A DNA stretch of 64,000 bases from Candidatus Fermentibacteraceae bacterium (GTDB lineage Bacteria; Fermentibacterota; Fermentibacteria; Fermentibacterales; JCC-6), in NCBI GenBank assembly GCA_041750285.1, contig JBGSZS010000011.1, positions 32,001 through 96,000 on the forward strand. The letters run 5' to 3'. The position numbers and the translations under genes were made by a program. Positions 60,535 through 64,000 of this stretch are shown here, piece after piece; position 1 is the first letter of the stretch, and each line of letters starts with the position of its first letter. Below the pieces are notes generated by a model. It was not told where the DNA came from. It saw only the letters and a list, made by a program, of their open reading frames with translations, and searched no databases.

Positions 60535-62373
60535 TCAGTCCCTGGCGAGAACCACCACCCTGTCTCCCGGGCCAAGTGTTACGGGGCGTGATTTGGGCGG
60601 GTTGATGAAGATCCCGCCGCCGGTCCTGTAACCAAGAGCTGTCTTGCCCCGTTTGATGGCTGAGGCGACGATCGTGTGGAAATTGGTCACGACCCCGCAC
60701 TGCACGTAAACGTCAGCCGGCTTGAGGTATATCTCGGAACCGTCCGGATCGAACAACTCGCTGAATACGTCCTTCAGCCTCCGGTTCTCGGAGATCTGCG
60801 TCAGAAGAAGGCTTACGAGCTTGTCACTGACAATGAAGTCGTCGGTGTTCGAAACCTCGGCAAGCCTTCTGTTCCGTTCATCCAGCATCTCCGTCACGAT
60901 GGTGAAGGAGTGACCGCCCCTTTTCCGGATGTCGCGGAGATGGAGGAGGGTTATCAGAGTCCTGGCGTCTGCCTGCTGGGGCGGGAGGTGCTCGGAACAG
61001 CTCTGGATTATCACGTGATCGCAGGCATCCATGTCCAGGGAGTCGAGGAAAGCCCTGTCCGTTATGTCTCCGTGGTGAAGGCTGACATCGAGGTTCCTGA
61101 GACCTGTCGAATCCAATTCCCCATTTTCAGTGGCAAGTGTGAGCCTGGAGCCCGGGGCGGCGTAGCTGTCAAGTTCCTGGACGATCATGGGCACCTTGCG
61201 GTTCCATCCGAGAAGCAGGATGCATTCCGGAATGGGGCGTTCTTCACGTGCAGCGGCGATGAGGGATTCGTTGACCCGCACGGTCTGAATGCCGGAAACC
61301 CTTGTTGCATCGTCATCCGCTGCGATCACGACTATACCGTGATCCCGTCCGACAACAGTGTCCGCCGGAGGATTGAGAAGGATCGTTCCCTCCCTGTCGA
61401 TGAGCCCTATCAGACATGAATCCTCGAAGGCGTGAACCGCCCTGGAGTAGGGTTCACCGGCCAGCAGCCTCTCCCGACTGAAATAGATCTCGTTCCCCTC
61501 GAAGCCGAGCAGTTCGCTGTAAACGCTCGAAAGGCCGGGCTGCCTGCAGGTCTGTGCGGTGATCCTTGCGATGATGTCTCCCGCCAGGATGAGCCGTGCC
61601 TCACTTCCTCCCACCATCTCCGCAACCCTCAGATTGTCGGGCGACCTGAGAATGCTCACTATGTGGTAGGGTTCGGTCTTTCTTGCGGGATTGTTCACGA
61701 GCGCCAGCATGGTCTTGATGACGGAGGAGTCAGGGGCATCGTCATCGGGCGGGAGGATGATGACCGATGAAGCGTCCCTGTGGTTGACTATCTCGAGGTC
61801 TATCGTCTCGATGGGGCAGCCCGTGCGGCATACCACCTTCGTGGAGCCCCTTCGGGGAATCCTGACCCTCAGTTCATCCTCCATCTCAACCTTGTCACGC
61901 TCGGCCAGAATGGCGATGCATGCCTTCCTGCGGGATGCGTTTGCCTCAACGAGTTCGGAGACCACGGTGAAAACCTGGGAACTCCATCCCAGAACGACCG
62001 TATGCCCTCGTTCGGCAACGAAAGAGCGTCCCTTTCTCATGGCATCGAGCCTGTTCTCGATACCAGTCGTGATGATTCCGATAAGCGTTCCCATGACGAA
62101 AAGTCCGCCAACTGTTACTGTGAGCATCGCGAGCAGGAAGAAAAGTGAACCCTGGTCTCCGGCCATGTTCCCGGGGTCTATCGCCCTCATCAGGCTTGCC
62201 CAGGCGATGCCGAAAAAATCCCTTTCCAGCGGATCTGTGCCTGACGCAGCAACCATGGAAGCGACAACCAGGACAAGAAGGGCGGTGACGATGAACAGCA
62301 TCGCTATCATCGAACCGGCTCCCCTTGCGGTCATGCCGTCGAACCAGTAGCGGAACCTTCTGCCGAAGCCCAT
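60535..62373 (-). CDS. CASTOR/POLLUX-like (TrkA/RCK-domain) cation channel
   Basis: RYWFD, pore segment W..LMRAIDPG, LIGIITTGIE.RL...RKGRS.V.E.GHTVVLGW and GSEIYLKP motifs. Confidence 0.88.
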   Translation of the reverse strand: MGFGRRFRYWFDGMTARGAGSMIAMLFIVTALLVLVVASMVAASGTDPLERDFFGIAWASLMRAIDPGNMAGDQGSLFFLLAMLTVTVGGLFVMGTLIGIITTGIENRLDAMRKGRSFVAERGHTVVLGWSSQVFTVVSELVEANASRRKACIAILAERDKVEMEDELRVRIPRRGSTKVVCRTGCPIETIDLEIVNHRDASSVIILPPDDDAPDSSVIKTMLALVNNPARKTEPYHIVSILRSPDNLRVAEMVGGSEARLILAGDIIARITAQTCRQPGLSSVYSELLGFEGNEIYFSRERLLAGEPYSRAVHAFEDSCLIGLIDREGTILLNPPADTVVGRDHGIVVIAADDDATRVSGIQTVRVNESLIAAAREERPIPECILLLGWNRKVPMIVQELDSYAAPGSRLTLATENGELDSTGLRNLDVSLHHGDITDRAFLDSLDMDACDHVIIQSCSEHLPPQQADARTLITLLHLRDIRKRGGHSFTIVTEMLDERNRRLAEVSNTDDFIVSDKLVSLLLTQISENRRLKDVFSELFDPDGSEIYLKPADVYVQCGVVTNFHTIVASAIKRGKTALGYRTGGGIFINPPKSRPVTLGPGDRVVVLARD

Positions 62374-62476
62374 GCCTCCCATTGGAACCCCCTGTTCGTC
62401 AGTGTGCGTCATCCGGGTGGGGTGCGTGAGTGCCAAGGTGAGAATATATGCCAGAAACGGCAGCGGTTCACCCGGG

Positions 62477-62525
62477 TTGACAGGACAGTGTCCGGTGCGA
62501 TATTGCCGACTGACCGTTCGGTCAG
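62477..62525 (+). promoter_or_regulatory. Promoter with TetR-type operator palindrome
   Basis: TTGACA at 62477; palindrome CTGACCG-TT-CGGTCAG at 62510-62525 just before the tetR RBS. Confidence 0.7.
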
Positions 62526-62540
62526 CTTGGAGGCACGTTC

Positions 62541-63155
62541 ATGGATCCATCATCGAGTTCGAAGGACAGAATACTGGATGCGGCAGGTCAGGTGTTCCGC
62601 GAGAAGGGCTTTGCAGGGGCTTCCATGCAGCTTATTGCCCGGAAGGCCGGTGTTTCCAAGAGCCTGCTGTACCATCATTTCGAATCCAAGCAGGAGCTCT
62701 GGCGCGCCATGGTCGACCAGTGCTTCCAGCGCTCCGGGATACTTGAGCGTTTCTACAGCATAGTCGCAAGCGGAGACATGAGGAGCCTTGCGGATTTCGC
62801 CGAGGGTGAGGAAGGGCTTTTCCACTTTCTTGGACGCAATCCCGGTGTTGTCCGCATGATGAACTGGCTCGACCTCGAGGGAGGGTTTGGAAAGGGCTTT
62901 CCGGATCCCTGTGCAAGGGATGCGGTTCTTGCAAGGATTCGCGAAATGGTCGACCGCGGAGTGATACGGGCCGACATCGACCCGGTGGTGCTGCCCATAG
63001 TCTACATGTCCATCTGCGTGAACTGGTTCAGCGCCCGCTGGAAGTACCTGGACTGGTTTGCCGGGGAAAGGGACGAGGAAAGCATAGACCGCCGGTTCAT
63101 CAGGGGTGCCATAGACATTCTTCTGAGGGGGATGACACCTGATGGGAAGGATTGA
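62541..63155 (+). CDS. TetR/AcrR family transcriptional regulator
   Basis: RILDAA..VF.EKGF.GASM..IA..AGVSKSLLYHHF.SK HTH. Confidence 0.95.
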   Translation: MDPSSSSKDRILDAAGQVFREKGFAGASMQLIARKAGVSKSLLYHHFESKQELWRAMVDQCFQRSGILERFYSIVASGDMRSLADFAEGEEGLFHFLGRNPGVVRMMNWLDLEGGFGKGFPDPCARDAVLARIREMVDRGVIRADIDPVVLPIVYMSICVNWFSARWKYLDWFAGERDEESIDRRFIRGAIDILLRGMTPDGKD

Positions 63156-64000
63156 ACTCCTTGCCGGATCTCTGATGCTCGTTTCGGCTGTGTCCTGCGG
63201 AACACCCGGAGCCGGGCAATCAAGGGTGGTCTCGGTCACCGTCGAAGAGGCCCGCGCAGGGGGCTTCACGCGAAACGTCATGGCGCCTGCATTTCTTGAG
63301 TCAGCCGATGAAGCCCTTGTGGAGGTGTCCGTTCCGGGAAGGATCACCGCGGTCCACGTTGCCGAGGGGGATACCGTTGTTGCGGGAGAGATCCTTGTTT
63401 CAACCACGACAGACGGTGCAGGCGCTTCGGGAGTATCCGCCTCACTCGCAGCGGTTTCCGCATGCGAGGCCCTCGATGACTACCACCGTGGCAACCTCGA
63501 AAGGGTTGCCTCGCTGCTCGAAACGGGTGCCGCGAGTCCCGGGGACTACGAGAAAGCTCTTGCCGGGGCCCGGACTGCCGCCTCATCCCTGAGCTCGGCA
63601 AGGGCCGCCCATGCCGGCGCACTGGACGGTCTTTCCAGGGGAACGGTCGCAGCCCCTTTTACAGGGATCGTCACCCGTGTGCTGGCGAGGGTTGGTAATC
63701 CCGCGGCAGGGCCGATGGTGGCGCTGTCCGGCATTGGAGCCCTTCAGTGCAGGGTTTTCCTTTCACAGAACTCGCTTCCCTGGATCGAACCGGGTCTTCC
63801 CGCCTTCTTCGTCACCAGCCATCATCCGGGGCTCCTCTTCATGGGAACTGTATCGGCCGCCGCTTCTTCGGTCGACCCCGCAAGCGGACTCGTCCCCGTA
63901 ACCGTTCAGATCCCCGATTCCACCGGGCTCCTTCTTTCCGGCATGTCGGGCATGGTGACGATAGCCCTCGAGACCCTTCCCGGGGGAGTCGTTCTTCCAA
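63142..64000 (+). CDS. RND efflux periplasmic adaptor (membrane fusion) lipoprotein, 3'-truncated by the window edge; absent from the ORF track
   Basis: MGRIELLAGSLMLVSAVSC lipobox, VPGRITAVHVAEGDTV..G, APFTGIV and LLSGMSG motifs; no stop before the window end. Confidence 0.88.
   Translation, partial: MGRIELLAGSLMLVSAVSCGTPGAGQSRVVSVTVEEARAGGFTRNVMAPAFLESADEALVEVSVPGRITAVHVAEGDTVVAGEILVSTTTDGAGASGVSASLAAVSACEALDDYHRGNLERVASLLETGAASPGDYEKALAGARTAASSLSSARAAHAGALDGLSRGTVAAPFTGIVTRVLARVGNPAAGPMVALSGIGALQCRVFLSQNSLPWIEPGLPAFFVTSHHPGLLFMGTVSAAASSVDPASGLVPVTVQIPDSTGLLLSGMSGMVTIALETLPGGVVLP

Overview
GC-rich, gene-dense bacterial chromosome segment with no recognisable mobile element or CRISPR array. 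The diderm envelope genes, Por/T9SS-type C-terminal domains, bS22 and fermentative [FeFe]-hydrogenase suggest an anaerobic FCB-affiliated lineage, possibly Candidatus Fermentibacteria (inference only). In order: (1) a tightly coupled envelope-glycan operon (B12 radical SAM, GT2, phosphoglycosyl transferase, two probable beta-barrel proteins, CBM48 lipoprotein, MalK-type ATPase, WecA-like enzyme, very large O-antigen-ligase-family protein); (2) the rimP-nusA-infB-rbfA-truB-ribF-rpsO-pnp-dut-lptE block; (3) apbE, an AmmeMemoRadiSam enzyme and a NusG-II protein; (4) a pair of small Cys-rich genes; (5) secreted C25 and S8 proteases and an arylsulfotransferase with T9SS-like tails; (6) tRNA-Ala, HU, bS22 and tRNA-Arg; (7) a Rex-controlled hydCBA operon followed by a sensory hydrogenase-histidine kinase and two further signalling genes; (8) secG with tRNA-Leu; (9) a STAND adenylate cyclase, a CASTOR/POLLUX-like channel and a TetR/RND locus. 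Most notable: three unrelated secreted proteins share a short terminal motif [AS]L[ST]xxTW[AG]x[IV]K[SA]S[FW]-stop, a candidate uncharacterised sorting signal. The secG-linked tRNA-Leu carries the rare AAG anticodon. There is a 41-aa metallothionein-like ORF missing from the ORF track, an H2-sensing phosphorelay, and a probable CTG start codon. Product calls come from motif recognition by eye; no database searches were run.
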